Source of the DNA: a virus
Length of the DNA: 64,000 nucleotides
Strand: one strand, 5' to 3'
Virus record (IMG/VR): IMGVR_UViG_3300049740_000832
Shown piece by piece: positions 45,978 to 56,321 of this stretch (position 1 is the stretch's first letter; each line of letters opens with the position of its first letter). The position numbers and the translations under genes were made by a program. A model generated the notes under the pieces. The model did no database searches. It was not told the DNA's origin and worked only from the letters and a program-made list of their open reading frames with translations.

Positions 45978-46819
45978 AAAATATCATCTATCAATATATG
46001 ATAATTGATGAAGATACTAACAAACGGGGTAAAGTTCCTCAGTATCCTCAAGGCACTCGCGCAGAACTATATCAAAAAACCGCAGACCTCTCTGCGGAAT
46101 CATTTCGCACCTATGCAAATAAGATAGGCGCAATACACCATTATACGAATAATAAGGTGTTTACTAAAGGTAAATCTGGGACTACTGTTCCTTTGTTTGA
46201 AGTTCTACGATTAGTTTACGACCCTCTCTATGATGACTTTGATAAGTTGTTGTTTGTCGATACGGATATTATTGCAAATACTGAAGAGAACATCTTTGAC
46301 ATAGAAGACTGTGATGTTTATGGTGTGTTTGAGTCTGATATTCGGACAACCAAAGGGGGTGGATATAATAGTTGGGATTATAGTCAAAAAAAATATCAAG
46401 AAGTTGCAACAAGATTTAATAGAACGGGTGTCCCTATCGTTGAGAACCGATGGGGTAAAGAACCATCAAGTATAACCTGTTTCAATACTGGTGTCATGGT
46501 TTGGTCAAGAGATGCACGACTCAAAGCACGAGAGTGTTTTGATGACTGGTATGAATACATGATGGCAGGAGAGGGTAAGGATGCGTTTTGGGTAAACAAT
46601 GACCAGTTCTTCATCTCTGGTCAATTGACCAAACACGGATTTGACATCAAGGGTATTGACCAGACTTGGAATGATACACCCACCCATTGGGAAGATGACC
46701 GTGGATATGATATGAATTTTCTGCACTACACGGGTGGCGGTAATAAAGTTATCATGCTTGATGATTATACAAATAATAAATTCAAATACTTAAAAAAATT
46801 CAAATATGTAAAGGCATAA
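45974..46819 (+). CDS. GT-A glycosyltransferase
   Basis: FVDTD, FNTGV, NDQ, FLHY. Confidence 0.7.
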   Translation: MKNIIYQYMIIDEDTNKRGKVPQYPQGTRAELYQKTADLSAESFRTYANKIGAIHHYTNNKVFTKGKSGTTVPLFEVLRLVYDPLYDDFDKLLFVDTDIIANTEENIFDIEDCDVYGVFESDIRTTKGGGYNSWDYSQKKYQEVATRFNRTGVPIVENRWGKEPSSITCFNTGVMVWSRDARLKARECFDDWYEYMMAGEGKDAFWVNNDQFFISGQLTKHGFDIKGIDQTWNDTPTHWEDDRGYDMNFLHYTGGGNKVIMLDDYTNNKFKYLKKFKYVKA

Positions 46820-46840
46820 AAAGGGCAAATTCAAATACTT
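46778..46840 (+). repeat. Three copies of AAATTCAAATA
   Basis: At 46778, 46796 and 46827; the outer two extend to AAATTCAAATACTT. Confidence 0.75.
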
Positions 46841-47050
46841 GAAACCGTAAAGATTGAAGACCGCACTTACGCAATCGTGCAGATACTCAACTTTAATTTT
46901 ATGAATACTTACGAGATTATCTGTTCGGATGAATATTATAGTGATGTTGTCGCAGGCCCGTATCTTTCTATAGAGGAAGCGGTCAAAGACTTACTGTCTG
47001 TTGCCGAGATGCATGAAAAAATACATGCACGACCCACAAAAAACGCTTGA
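46826..47050 (+). CDS. Small ORF with no clear start codon
   Basis: Open frame QIQILETVK...PTKNA; first GTG/ATG are internal. Confidence 0.35.
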   Translation, partial: QIQILETVKIEDRTYAIVQILNFNFMNTYEIICSDEYYSDVVAGPYLSIEEAVKDLLSVAEMHEKIHARPTKNA

Positions 47051-47075
47051 CAAACTGTGCCCTTTCTTGTATTAT
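47047..47075 (+). promoter_or_regulatory. sigma70-type promoter
   Basis: TTGACA-17nt-TATTAT. Confidence 0.7.
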
Positions 47076-47098
47076 AATAGTATAAGAAAGGAAAATAT

Positions 47099-47674
47099 AT
47101 GAAAAAATATCACAAAGTAGTTCTTACCGACATTGATGGTGTTGTCCTTAACTGGGGATATGCCTTTGATATCTGGATGCAAGAAAAGGGTTATGTTGTT
47201 AAAGACCCCGATTCCTATGATATAGGTAAGGTCTATGGACTTGAACCTTCTGAATCAAAAGAAATGGTTCGGTTGTTCAACGAAAGTGCTGCGATTGGTT
47301 TTCTACCACCTCTCCGCGATGCAATGCACTATATCAAGAAACTCCATGAAGAACATGGGTATGTCTTTCACGCAATCACAAGTTTGAGTAAAGACTTTAA
47401 CGCACAGAAACTTCGGACACAGAACCTTCAGAAGTTGTTTGGTGAAACTGTGTTTGAGAAGTTTATCTATCTTGATACTGGGGCTGACAAAGACCAAGAG
47501 TTAAGTCAGTATGAAGGTAAAGATTATGTCTGGGTTGAAGACAAGATTGAGAATGCCCAGTGTGGTGCAAGTTTTGGTCTTGACTCTATTCTCATGGAAC
47601 ACAGTTTCAACATGGATAATACAGAGTTTCCCCTGATGAAAAACTGGAAAGATATATACGAATATTTAACTTGA
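47099..47674 (+). CDS. HAD-superfamily phosphatase (T4 30.2-like)
   Basis: TDIDGVV, ITS, WVEDK..NA. Confidence 0.75.
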   Translation: MKKYHKVVLTDIDGVVLNWGYAFDIWMQEKGYVVKDPDSYDIGKVYGLEPSESKEMVRLFNESAAIGFLPPLRDAMHYIKKLHEEHGYVFHAITSLSKDFNAQKLRTQNLQKLFGETVFEKFIYLDTGADKDQELSQYEGKDYVWVEDKIENAQCGASFGLDSILMEHSFNMDNTEFPLMKNWKDIYEYLT

Positions 47675-47685
47675 TATATACTCCT

Positions 47686-49188
47686 ATGAGATATGTTGGT
47701 TATTCAGAATACTTTCACGATGCGGCATTGGCTATCGTCAATCCCGATGGTAAAGTCGCATATGCGTCACAATCAGAACGATATAGTAAAATAAAAAACG
47801 ATGAATTGATATTCCCTGAGATGTGGAATTTTGTCAATGATGATGACCACGTTACCTTTTATGAAGATATAAATTTGCGTAAAAAAATGATGGGCGGTTA
47901 TCGCACATTTGGTGCCCCTAAATTTAGGAATCAAAAAGAAGAACAAACAGCGCCAATTAGTAATTCATACCTGTATGATGATTTTAATCTACATCATGAA
48001 AGTCATTGTGCTCTCGCATTTTTCACTCGGCCGTGGCAATCAAAAGAAGACACAGTTTGTGTTTCAGTAGATGGTTCGGGTGAACTTGAATCGGTTGCAA
48101 TTCATGACCACAATCTAAAACCCATAAAAAAAGTTATGTGGCCACAATCTCTTGGAATGTTATATGGGACTGTGACTGGAGCAATAGGTTTGAAATCTCT
48201 TAGAGATGAATATATCGTCATGGGACTTTCTTCGTATGGTGAGGTTGACAAAAAACTTTACGACATATTATATAACGGTTATTATTGGTTTGAAAGTGAA
48301 CAGGGATTATACGAGAAAATGATTGTAGATTTTGAACAAACTTCAATCGCAGAAAGTTCCCTAAGCGCTAAATTTGTTGTATATGAAACAAGAATAAAAA
48401 ATAGGTGCAAGGAGATATCTATGGAGGATGCCGCTGCAACTGTTCAAAATTTCTTTGAGGTCGAAGTTCTTAAAATTATGAAGGAAGCAAGAAAGTATGG
48501 GTCTAAACTTGTCTATGGTGGTGGTTGTGCCCAAAATGTTATTGCAAACTCTATGATACGCGAACTCTTTGATGACATGCATATTGCAATCGCACCTAAT
48601 GATGCAGGCAATGCTCTAGGGTGTGCAGCATACACATGGCATAAAAACACGGGGGGAACACATCTAGACTGGTCTCCATATTTGGGTCATAATATTGACC
48701 GTGATATCAATCCAAAAGAAGTTGCAAAGTATCTCGTTGAAAATCGAGTCTGTGGTATTGCAAATGGTCGAGCAGAGTATGGCCCTCGTGCATTGGGTAA
48801 TCGGTCTCTGATTGCAGATGTTCGTTATGATGTCAAGGATACCGTTAATGAAATAAAAAAGAGACACAAGTTCAGACCTTTTGGCCCTGCAATTCTGTCA
48901 GAATTTCAAGACCACTATTTTGATGGTCATAAAAATGAATATATGCAGTATGCTGCAATTGCAAAACATCCTTATGACTCTGTAACACATATAGATAATA
49001 CTGCAAGGGTGCAAGTAGTAAAACCTGATTGCAAATCTGTTCTTAGACAGATATTAGAAGAATATTTTGAACTTACACAAGTCCCAATGTTACTAAATAC
49101 TTCTTTGAACATAAGAAATCAACCTATGGTAAATACCATTGAGGACGCTATAGAATGGGAAAAAAAATATAACGTAAGAGTATTCTAA
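47686..49188 (+). CDS. Carbamoyltransferase (NodU/CmcH)
   Basis: HDAA, HHESH, DGSGE, MGLSSYG, GGCAQN, EYGPRALGNRS, FRPF, LNTSLN. Confidence 0.92.
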   Translation: MRYVGYSEYFHDAALAIVNPDGKVAYASQSERYSKIKNDELIFPEMWNFVNDDDHVTFYEDINLRKKMMGGYRTFGAPKFRNQKEEQTAPISNSYLYDDFNLHHESHCALAFFTRPWQSKEDTVCVSVDGSGELESVAIHDHNLKPIKKVMWPQSLGMLYGTVTGAIGLKSLRDEYIVMGLSSYGEVDKKLYDILYNGYYWFESEQGLYEKMIVDFEQTSIAESSLSAKFVVYETRIKNRCKEISMEDAAATVQNFFEVEVLKIMKEARKYGSKLVYGGGCAQNVIANSMIRELFDDMHIAIAPNDAGNALGCAAYTWHKNTGGTHLDWSPYLGHNIDRDINPKEVAKYLVENRVCGIANGRAEYGPRALGNRSLIADVRYDVKDTVNEIKKRHKFRPFGPAILSEFQDHYFDGHKNEYMQYAAIAKHPYDSVTHIDNTARVQVVKPDCKSVLRQILEEYFELTQVPMLLNTSLNIRNQPMVNTIEDAIEWEKKYNVRVF

Positions 49189-49517
49189 TGGCAAAAAAAC
49201 AAAAACAATTACAAGAACAATCAATTTATGATAAGTATGATTTAGATGGGGATGGAACAGTGACAGATGAAGAACTCGCTCGAGCCGAAGAGATGCGTAG
49301 ATTTGATAATGAAGATGCGAAGGCAGACGCACAACGTAAGATGGCGTGGTTTGCTCTGTGGGGTATGTTGTTATATCCACCTAGTATTGGTGTAGCAAGT
49401 ATATTTGGATTAGATATTGCAGCATCTTTGATTGCAGATATCGCATCTGTTTATTTCGTATCGGTTGCAGCAATCGTTGCAGCATTCTTCGGGGCATCTG
49501 CACTGAACAAAAAGTAA
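49188..49517 (+). CDS. EF-hand-like 2-TM membrane protein
   Basis: DLDGDGTVTDEE followed by two TMs. Confidence 0.6.
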   Translation: MAKKQKQLQEQSIYDKYDLDGDGTVTDEELARAEEMRRFDNEDAKADAQRKMAWFALWGMLLYPPSIGVASIFGLDIAASLIADIASVYFVSVAAIVAAFFGASALNKK

Positions 49518-50356
49518 TGAAAATAAGATGGCGTGGAACTTGGGGTGTTGGTGACTTCATGCAAGCACTCAACGCCTCTCATAATTATTGTTTCAAAAAT
49601 AAGACAACAGTAAATCTTGAGATGCACTGGCGACATGATGAAGACTACCTTCATCATCCTAAAGACCCAGAAACAATCATTCAAAGAATGGATTGGCTAC
49701 ACACACAATATCATCGTCAGGATGATGTGACAGTCACGCATGTTTTTAATTCTCAACTATTTCCGTATAATAACCTCGATACATCAGCCAATAAAACCCG
49801 ATGTTATTTTGATGACAAGCCTGTTGCATCTCCAAAAAATGACTGGATATTCAAACCAGAGTCATTTGTTCCCAAAAGAAAAAAGATAGTTATCTGGACA
49901 CCTACATACAATAGTCAAGCACCAAGAACTTGGAAAAACTTCTTGACAAGTGATGATTGGTATGATATAATTAAGCTACTTTCTTGGGAGGGTTGGATAC
50001 TAGTAGAATTAACTTATCGAACTCCTATTAGTGTTGCATTCAAACAAATATCAGAGGCAGATTTTATTGTATGTTATGATGGTATGTGGCACTTGATTGC
50101 AAGAAATTTTGGTAAACCTATGTTCATACCATCTTGGGAAGGTATCACTGAATACAACACACCACAGGCAATAAGAAGACCTATTTTAGATTTATCTAAA
50201 TATAAAGACAATCCCTCTGGGGCGACAGCTGTTGGTCGCAAGGATGTTAAGAAATTTTTTGGTGATGGTAATAAAAAGTTTGAACCTAATCTTACTAAAA
50301 TGAAAACAAAAGCAAAAGTTTATTTGAAAAATCTAAAAAAATATCATGAAGATTGA
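49517..50356 (+). CDS. GT9/GT-B-like protein
   Basis: GVGD; ADFIVCYDGMWHLIA...KP. Confidence 0.55.
   Translation: MKIRWRGTWGVGDFMQALNASHNYCFKNKTTVNLEMHWRHDEDYLHHPKDPETIIQRMDWLHTQYHRQDDVTVTHVFNSQLFPYNNLDTSANKTRCYFDDKPVASPKNDWIFKPESFVPKRKKIVIWTPTYNSQAPRTWKNFLTSDDWYDIIKLLSWEGWILVELTYRTPISVAFKQISEADFIVCYDGMWHLIARNFGKPMFIPSWEGITEYNTPQAIRRPILDLSKYKDNPSGATAVGRKDVKKFFGDGNKKFEPNLTKMKTKAKVYLKNLKKYHED
49943..49971 (+). promoter_or_regulatory. Intragenic perfect-consensus sigma70 promoter
   Basis: TTGACA-17nt-TATAAT with extended -10 TG. Confidence 0.7.
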
Positions 50357-51305
50357 TAGAGCAGTAATTGAAGTCTATGGTGGATGTAACTACTCATGTA
50401 GTATGTGTCCTCAAGATATGCGAACAGGTGGTCGGGATAAACGATTCAAGGGTAAGATGACTCTTGAAGAGTTTGAACAGAACGTAGCAGATTGTGCTCA
50501 ACATGGTCTACGAGTCGTAAACCTTGATGGTAGTGGTGAGGCAACCGCAGTCAATAACCTACCCGATTATATCAGGATTGTCAAGAAATATAATGCACAG
50601 GCTGTTATCTTTTCTAATGGGTTCAAGATGCATGGTCAATACATGAAGGACTGTGTTGATGCGGGTCTTGACTTCTATCGGTTCTCATTCATTGGGTCAA
50701 ACCATGATAAATACGATGAGTGGATGTATAATAAAGTCGGTGGGACATACGAAAAAATTATTCAGAACATCCGCGAAATGAAGGCGTATGTAGAAGAGAC
50801 CGAATCAAAATGTGTAGTTGCGACATATCATCTGATTACTGACAATGACAATCTACAGAATGAACTAGACGAATACAAAGCATTGGTCGAAGACCTAGGC
50901 GTCAGAACAGAGATTTGGAAACTACATAACTGGAGTGGTGTGTATGACCCGTCTTATAAACGCGAAGGTGAGGTAAAGACCTGTGGGCGACCTTTTAGTC
51001 CAGACGTTGTTATTCGTGTTGGTGGCCTTGATGGTAAAAGAGGTGCTGTCGCTCCTTGTTGCCAAGTCTTGGGTAGAGACGAGGAAGCAGTTCTCGGTCA
51101 CACATCTGAAAACACAATTGAAGAAATCTGGTTCGGTGATGCGTATAGTCAACTCCGTGATGACCATACTACTGGAAATTATCCTGATTACTGCCGTGGG
51201 TGCGACTTTCTTCTTGATGACCCCGAAGTTCTAATTTATACAAATCACAATCGCGACCTCCACCACATGTATGGCACGGAGTTTGACCTCAATGATTTCC
51301 GATAA
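50346..51305 (+). CDS. Radical SAM protein with SPASM/twitch domain
   Basis: CNYSCSMC; C.RPF, PCC, CRGC. Confidence 0.88.
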   Translation: MKIDRAVIEVYGGCNYSCSMCPQDMRTGGRDKRFKGKMTLEEFEQNVADCAQHGLRVVNLDGSGEATAVNNLPDYIRIVKKYNAQAVIFSNGFKMHGQYMKDCVDAGLDFYRFSFIGSNHDKYDEWMYNKVGGTYEKIIQNIREMKAYVEETESKCVVATYHLITDNDNLQNELDEYKALVEDLGVRTEIWKLHNWSGVYDPSYKREGEVKTCGRPFSPDVVIRVGGLDGKRGAVAPCCQVLGRDEEAVLGHTSENTIEEIWFGDAYSQLRDDHTTGNYPDYCRGCDFLLDDPEVLIYTNHNRDLHHMYGTEFDLNDFR

Positions 51306-51891
51306 CATTTGGATGATACAGATACCTGATAACGAGGTATCACAATATTATGTGAATAGGGTTTTACCTTCGTGGAATAATCATAAGGTAAATATGTTTG
51401 ATGCATATACACCAGACCATATGCCTGACCATCTGAACTTCGGAAAGTTTTGGAACTTTCGAGACTTCAGTCAATCAGAGAAGGCGGGGTTCTATAGTCA
51501 TTTAGAACTGTGGAAAAAATGTTTTGAAGAGGATGAACCTATCGCAATCATTGAACACGATGTGATGTGCATCAAAGATGATATGCCTATCATAGATAAT
51601 TTCTTTGCCTTCTGCGATTTTGACTCTGAACAGAGTCATGAAAACTATGCCACAAGATTTAGAGGTCATCCCTATTGGGGGACGGGAGAGATGTTCTGTC
51701 CAGTCACTCATGCATATTACATGACACCTGATGTGGCAGAGACGATGTATTATAATCTTATAGATACAAAACTGAATAAATTTGTTGATGATTACATGTG
51801 GGAATTCATGGGTAAGGATACAAACAAAATTGTAAATTACACAAATCCTCTGTATGACAAAGAAGTTGGAGCAACGATGATTCATGAATAG
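51292..51891 (+). CDS. GT25-like glycosyltransferase
   Basis: FYSH..LW.KC....IIEHD; HAY..TP. Confidence 0.65.
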   Translation: MISDNIWMIQIPDNEVSQYYVNRVLPSWNNHKVNMFDAYTPDHMPDHLNFGKFWNFRDFSQSEKAGFYSHLELWKKCFEEDEPIAIIEHDVMCIKDDMPIIDNFFAFCDFDSEQSHENYATRFRGHPYWGTGEMFCPVTHAYYMTPDVAETMYYNLIDTKLNKFVDDYMWEFMGKDTNKIVNYTNPLYDKEVGATMIHE

Positions 51892-52672
51892 AATGATTTT
51901 CCAAGTGGCGGTAGGTAAACCGTCCAAACTATATGAACACTGCATTGAAAGTGTTGCACAATACTGTGAGAAATATAATATTAAACATGTCGTATTGACT
52001 CAACCCAAACTGCGTATCAAACCTGACATCTTTACCAGTGGACGAAGTGAGGAATCCTATATGAAGTATGGGGGATATCTGCCTATCTATGAGAAGGAGA
52101 ATGCGTTTGAGTATCTGGATGACTATGACCAGATTGCAATCGTAGATGCAGACATCTATATCCGACCAGACGCACCAAATATCTTTGAAGACTTTGGAAC
52201 AGAACATGCGTTTGGTGCGGTATGTGAACGCGAGATGAATATTCAGGATTGGTATAAAAACAAGATTATCAACTACTCGCGTATGCAATACAATCCGCTT
52301 CATCGGAATACCCTTGATTTCAAACCAAACAATCTGGGGTTTGAGTTCTTTAACATGGGTCTCATTCTGTTGAACAGTAAACTCTTCAAACCATACCTCA
52401 AAGGCCAAGACCCACATAGTTTTATCAATCGTATGGAGTTTAAGGACTTTGTTGATGGTGTGGGTGCATGGAAGTGGTCTACCGACCAGACACTACTGAA
52501 CTACTTTCTCAAGAGATATAACATTCCAACTAAACATATGAACGGTAAATGGAATGGTCTGTATAGTGCAGTCGATAATCTGAAGGATTGTCACTTCATT
52601 CATTTCTTCCTAAAAGACAAACTTCCCAATGCTGGTGAGAATGTTGGAGAGTTGATGAAACAAATCGTATAA
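51884..52672 (+). CDS. GT8-like glycosyltransferase
   Basis: IVDAD, FNMG, DQTLLN, KWN, IHF. Confidence 0.7.
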   Translation: MNRMIFQVAVGKPSKLYEHCIESVAQYCEKYNIKHVVLTQPKLRIKPDIFTSGRSEESYMKYGGYLPIYEKENAFEYLDDYDQIAIVDADIYIRPDAPNIFEDFGTEHAFGAVCEREMNIQDWYKNKIINYSRMQYNPLHRNTLDFKPNNLGFEFFNMGLILLNSKLFKPYLKGQDPHSFINRMEFKDFVDGVGAWKWSTDQTLLNYFLKRYNIPTKHMNGKWNGLYSAVDNLKDCHFIHFFLKDKLPNAGENVGELMKQIV

Positions 52673-52675
52673 ATA
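52668..52675 (+). promoter_or_regulatory. T4-type late promoter
   Basis: TATAAATA; AAGGA RBS downstream. Confidence 0.7.
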
Positions 52676-52709
52676 ATGTTATTGTCAATAGAGTGAATAA
52701 GGAACTAAC

Positions 52710-53408
52710 ATGTTAAACCCACAAGAGTTTGTGAAGAAAATTCGCAACGAAAATCAAGCATTGTTCGAAGCATCCAAGATGAACGTCAAGGCATACTTCG
52801 AAGGCGACCTTTCTAAAGAGGAAATGGTTGACCACTTCATTGGTCGCATGGTCAATGAACGTATGAACATGTCTGAAATCTCCGCACAAATCGCAAGTGC
52901 AGACGATGATGCAGACCCAAGAGAATTAGAATTACTTTCAAAACAAGCAGCAGATGAAGCAAAACACTATCGTATGGTCAAGGAAGTTATTGAACATATC
53001 ACTGGTGAAGAAGTAGATGCTGCAAGTGCGATTGCAAAAGAACGCGAAATGGATACTGCCAAAGGTGCATCTCTGTTAGAAAAGTATGACGCAGAGAATG
53101 ACGAGGCAGTCCTCGCCGCATATCAGTTGGTTGCGGAAGGTCGTGCAGAAGCGGTATGGAATCAGATGGCAGATACTATCGAAGATAGTTTCATTTCTGG
53201 TCGTTATCGCGAGATTGCAAAGGACGAAGGTTTCCACAGTGGTATCGGTGCATACAAGTTACGCAAAGTTGCAACCGATGAGAAAACACAGAGTCGTGTT
53301 CTTCGTATTATCGAAGCAATGCGTAAAGACCTGTTTGAAATCTCGTGTGCAAATACAGTCGAAGCAAAAGGTTCACGCGAACTTGTGAACACAGTCTACG
53401 GTTGGTAA
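52710..53408 (+). CDS. Ferritin-like di-iron protein
   Basis: E...DEAKH...E...DEGFH. Confidence 0.75.
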   Translation: MLNPQEFVKKIRNENQALFEASKMNVKAYFEGDLSKEEMVDHFIGRMVNERMNMSEISAQIASADDDADPRELELLSKQAADEAKHYRMVKEVIEHITGEEVDAASAIAKEREMDTAKGASLLEKYDAENDEAVLAAYQLVAEGRAEAVWNQMADTIEDSFISGRYREIAKDEGFHSGIGAYKLRKVATDEKTQSRVLRIIEAMRKDLFEISCANTVEAKGSRELVNTVYGW

Positions 53409-53960
53409 ATGAACGTAGGACTCACACAACGAGTCCTCACGCACAACGGACAAGTTCATGACTCTTTAGACCACAACTGGTATCGGTTGTTGAAGGGTCA
53501 TGAACTTATCCCCATCCCAAATCGTGAAGACTTAGATTATGAATCCCTTGCGGAGTCTCTCGACCTTCTCATCGTCACAGGTGGGGATAACGAAGAGATT
53601 CGTATTATCACAGAAGTATCTCTCATAACCGAAATGTCAAGACTGGGTAAACCCATTCTTGGTATCTGTCATGGTGCGTTTCTCCTAACAGAGATGCTTG
53701 GCGGTAGCACGAAGGAAATCGAAGGTCACTATGATACCGAACATCTTGTATATGGAGATGCACCTACCCACATCCGTGTGAACAGTTTTCATAATATTTC
53801 TATTGACAAACAGCCCCCAAATGGTGTATACTTATATATTGATGGGAATGGTAACATTGAGTCTTGGATGAAAGACAACATATGTGCAATTGTCTGGCAT
53901 CCTGAAAGAATGACCAGACCCTTTATACCTGATGAGATACGGAAGGTGACAGGATTATGA
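53409..53960 (+). CDS. Class I glutamine amidotransferase (peptidase C26-like)
   Basis: TGG, GICHG, VNSFH, WHPE. Confidence 0.85.
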   Translation: MNVGLTQRVLTHNGQVHDSLDHNWYRLLKGHELIPIPNREDLDYESLAESLDLLIVTGGDNEEIRIITEVSLITEMSRLGKPILGICHGAFLLTEMLGGSTKEIEGHYDTEHLVYGDAPTHIRVNSFHNISIDKQPPNGVYLYIDGNGNIESWMKDNICAIVWHPERMTRPFIPDEIRKVTGL

Positions 53961-54637
53961 TGAAACAGATTGATAATGGAGAGACTTATCAGGTTACCGA
54001 TATTTGGAATTATGATATCCAAGTTATAAGGGGTGTCAATACGACTTATATCAATAACAATAACTCGATAGGAACAAGTTATATTATGGGTAAAGACTGT
54101 AGTGTCCATATGAAGAACGGTTGGTCAGTTGAGACTAACAGTTTCGCAGGGCAGACAGACAATGAGTTCACGGTTGAGACACATAATGATACCTCTGTGT
54201 TTGCTCACATCAAGTTCTATGGTCTGCATCTCAACGATGACCGCATGTTCATACCACATGATAATCCAAAAGGCAACCTATCTTACATGGACGGCGGAAC
54301 GAACACCACCGCAGTCAATCCTGGCCGTCTTGGACTTCCCGTCATCAACTATGTCCACTTCCCCGCAGGGATGAAACAGACTCTCCACACTCATCCAAGT
54401 CAACGCATCGGATTAGTCCTGTCTGGTAAAGGTGAGATTGAACTTGATAATGATGTAATGTTCCCTATCAAGGCGGGGGATTGTTGGGTCATGGAGAGAA
54501 ATGTTTTACATAATTTTATGTGTAATAAGGGTGAGGATGTTACATTATTTGTATTCAGTCCTGACTCTGGAACAGGGCCAACAGATGAAATCAACCCATT
54601 GAAAGTGAGAACCTATGTCGGACAACAACGATTATAA
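53957..54637 (+). CDS. Cupin-domain protein
   Basis: HTHPS.R.G.V..G.G ... HNF. Confidence 0.7.
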   Translation: MMKQIDNGETYQVTDIWNYDIQVIRGVNTTYINNNNSIGTSYIMGKDCSVHMKNGWSVETNSFAGQTDNEFTVETHNDTSVFAHIKFYGLHLNDDRMFIPHDNPKGNLSYMDGGTNTTAVNPGRLGLPVINYVHFPAGMKQTLHTHPSQRIGLVLSGKGEIELDNDVMFPIKAGDCWVMERNVLHNFMCNKGEDVTLFVFSPDSGTGPTDEINPLKVRTYVGQQRL

Positions 54638-55253
54638 AAAACTATTAATCATAACAGGCCCACAGGGGTCTGGCAATCATCTATTCAGTAAAGTGTTTAG
54701 TTATCATCCATATGTGAGTGGATGGGATTTTGGTGACAAGTATTGGATACCAAGTGACGAAGAACCCTTTGCAGAATGTTGGGTAGACCCATCAAAGACG
54801 AAGAGTATGTTGAAAAGTTCTGCGGTTGTTGCAAACGTCAGTGTGCCTTTTGTGTATGACGGAGTGAAACAAGTTCCAAAGATACAAGAAGTCATGAAGG
54901 AGGCACAAAACGTAGGGTATGATGTTAAGGTCTGTATTGTAGTTCGAGACCGTAATATAAATATGGAACAACAGTTTAGGGTTAGAAACGAATTCACATT
55001 GCCACAAGCACTAGGATATTATTACAAACTAGATGCCGACTTACAGTTCCTTTCTCATGAGTCGTTATATTTGTATGGTGGTGCGTATCTGAAGTGGTTG
55101 TCAAAGGTTCTTGACTTTCCGATTGCATATAATGATGAACGAATTGAGAAAGATATTGCAAAAGACCAAAATGCAAAATATGTGGAGCCTGTTGACTCTC
55201 ACTGGTTGGATGAACAAGTATGGCAAGGGATAAGACCAAAGAATGAACGGTAA
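54615..55253 (+). CDS. P-loop/sulfotransferase-like protein
   Basis: ITGPQGSGN; IVVRD; LSHE. Confidence 0.55.
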   Translation: MSDNNDYKKLLIITGPQGSGNHLFSKVFSYHPYVSGWDFGDKYWIPSDEEPFAECWVDPSKTKSMLKSSAVVANVSVPFVYDGVKQVPKIQEVMKEAQNVGYDVKVCIVVRDRNINMEQQFRVRNEFTLPQALGYYYKLDADLQFLSHESLYLYGGAYLKWLSKVLDFPIAYNDERIEKDIAKDQNAKYVEPVDSHWLDEQVWQGIRPKNER

Positions 55254-55779
55254 ATACATCTTTGTCACTGGTGCGCCTGGTTCACGATGGAGTGGTTATG
55301 TTGAAGACCACCTATACATTCGTGACGATATAGACAAGAGTGATAGGTCACCTGAACGAGAGTATTGGCATGGTCGTGATGGTTGTAGAGACTTAGTGCA
55401 TAGAGGTGCATACTTTGACCCTGGCATGGAGTTTCGAAATGATGAGAAATATTGGGATAAACCATTTAGTGGTGAAGGTATTCGCATAATCAAGTCTCAT
55501 ACATTTGCTTATCATATATATTGGTTGATGAGATGGAACTGTCCTATTCATCTGGTATATAGAACTAATCAAGAATGTTTTGATTGGTGGCACGAATGTG
55601 GTGGTTGGAATATCAAGTATCCCGACTATAAATGGTATCGAGACGATGACAATATGATAGAACAGATACAAATGCAGAACCTTCTTATCAAAGAATTTGT
55701 TGAAGAAGAAGGTCTTGAAAAACATAATGACGGAAAAAGAGATTATTACATATGGACGCCAAAGACAGAGAATGGTTAA
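55243..55779 (+). CDS. P-loop/sulfotransferase-like protein
   Basis: FVTGAPGSRWS; IIKSH; LVYR. Confidence 0.5.
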   Translation: MNGKYIFVTGAPGSRWSGYVEDHLYIRDDIDKSDRSPEREYWHGRDGCRDLVHRGAYFDPGMEFRNDEKYWDKPFSGEGIRIIKSHTFAYHIYWLMRWNCPIHLVYRTNQECFDWWHECGGWNIKYPDYKWYRDDDNMIEQIQMQNLLIKEFVEEEGLEKHNDGKRDYYIWTPKTENG

Positions 55780-56321
55780 AAGATTACTTTACTTACCATT
55801 GGCCCAGTTCACGCACTGCGGGATTGGATGATTATTATTGGACAGGATGGAGATTGATAGATGAAATACAAGAAGGAGAAACCGTCTTGGATGTCGGTTG
55901 CGGGGTTAATCCGTTTAAGAGACATATTAAAGGATTACATGGCATCGATATTACAGACATTGGGAGTGACGAACAAGTCGCAATCGAGGACTATAGACCA
56001 GAAACTAAATTTGATGTTGCTTTTTGCCTCGGCTCTATTAATTTTGGCGGCTGGTCTGAAGTAGTAGAACAAATCAATTCACTGACACGAAGGTGTCTAA
56101 AAGATGAATGTCGAATTTATTGGAGATGTAATCCAGGCCATCGTGACCATGAGAATGAATTAGTCAACCAAGTTCCCTTCTTTAATTGGAATATAAATCA
56201 TCATATCATGTTGACACAAAATACAGGTTTCAAAGTTACAGAATTTATGCCTGATAATAATAGGATGTATGTGAAATGGGAAAGAAAATCTTCGTCCATA
56301 TCCCCAAAAACGGGGGGATGA
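55752..56321 (+). CDS. Class I SAM methyltransferase
   Basis: VLDVGCG; FDVAFCLGS. Confidence 0.75.
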   Translation: MDAKDREWLKDYFTYHWPSSRTAGLDDYYWTGWRLIDEIQEGETVLDVGCGVNPFKRHIKGLHGIDITDIGSDEQVAIEDYRPETKFDVAFCLGSINFGGWSEVVEQINSLTRRCLKDECRIYWRCNPGHRDHENELVNQVPFFNWNINHHIMLTQNTGFKVTEFMPDNNRMYVKWERKSSSISPKTGG

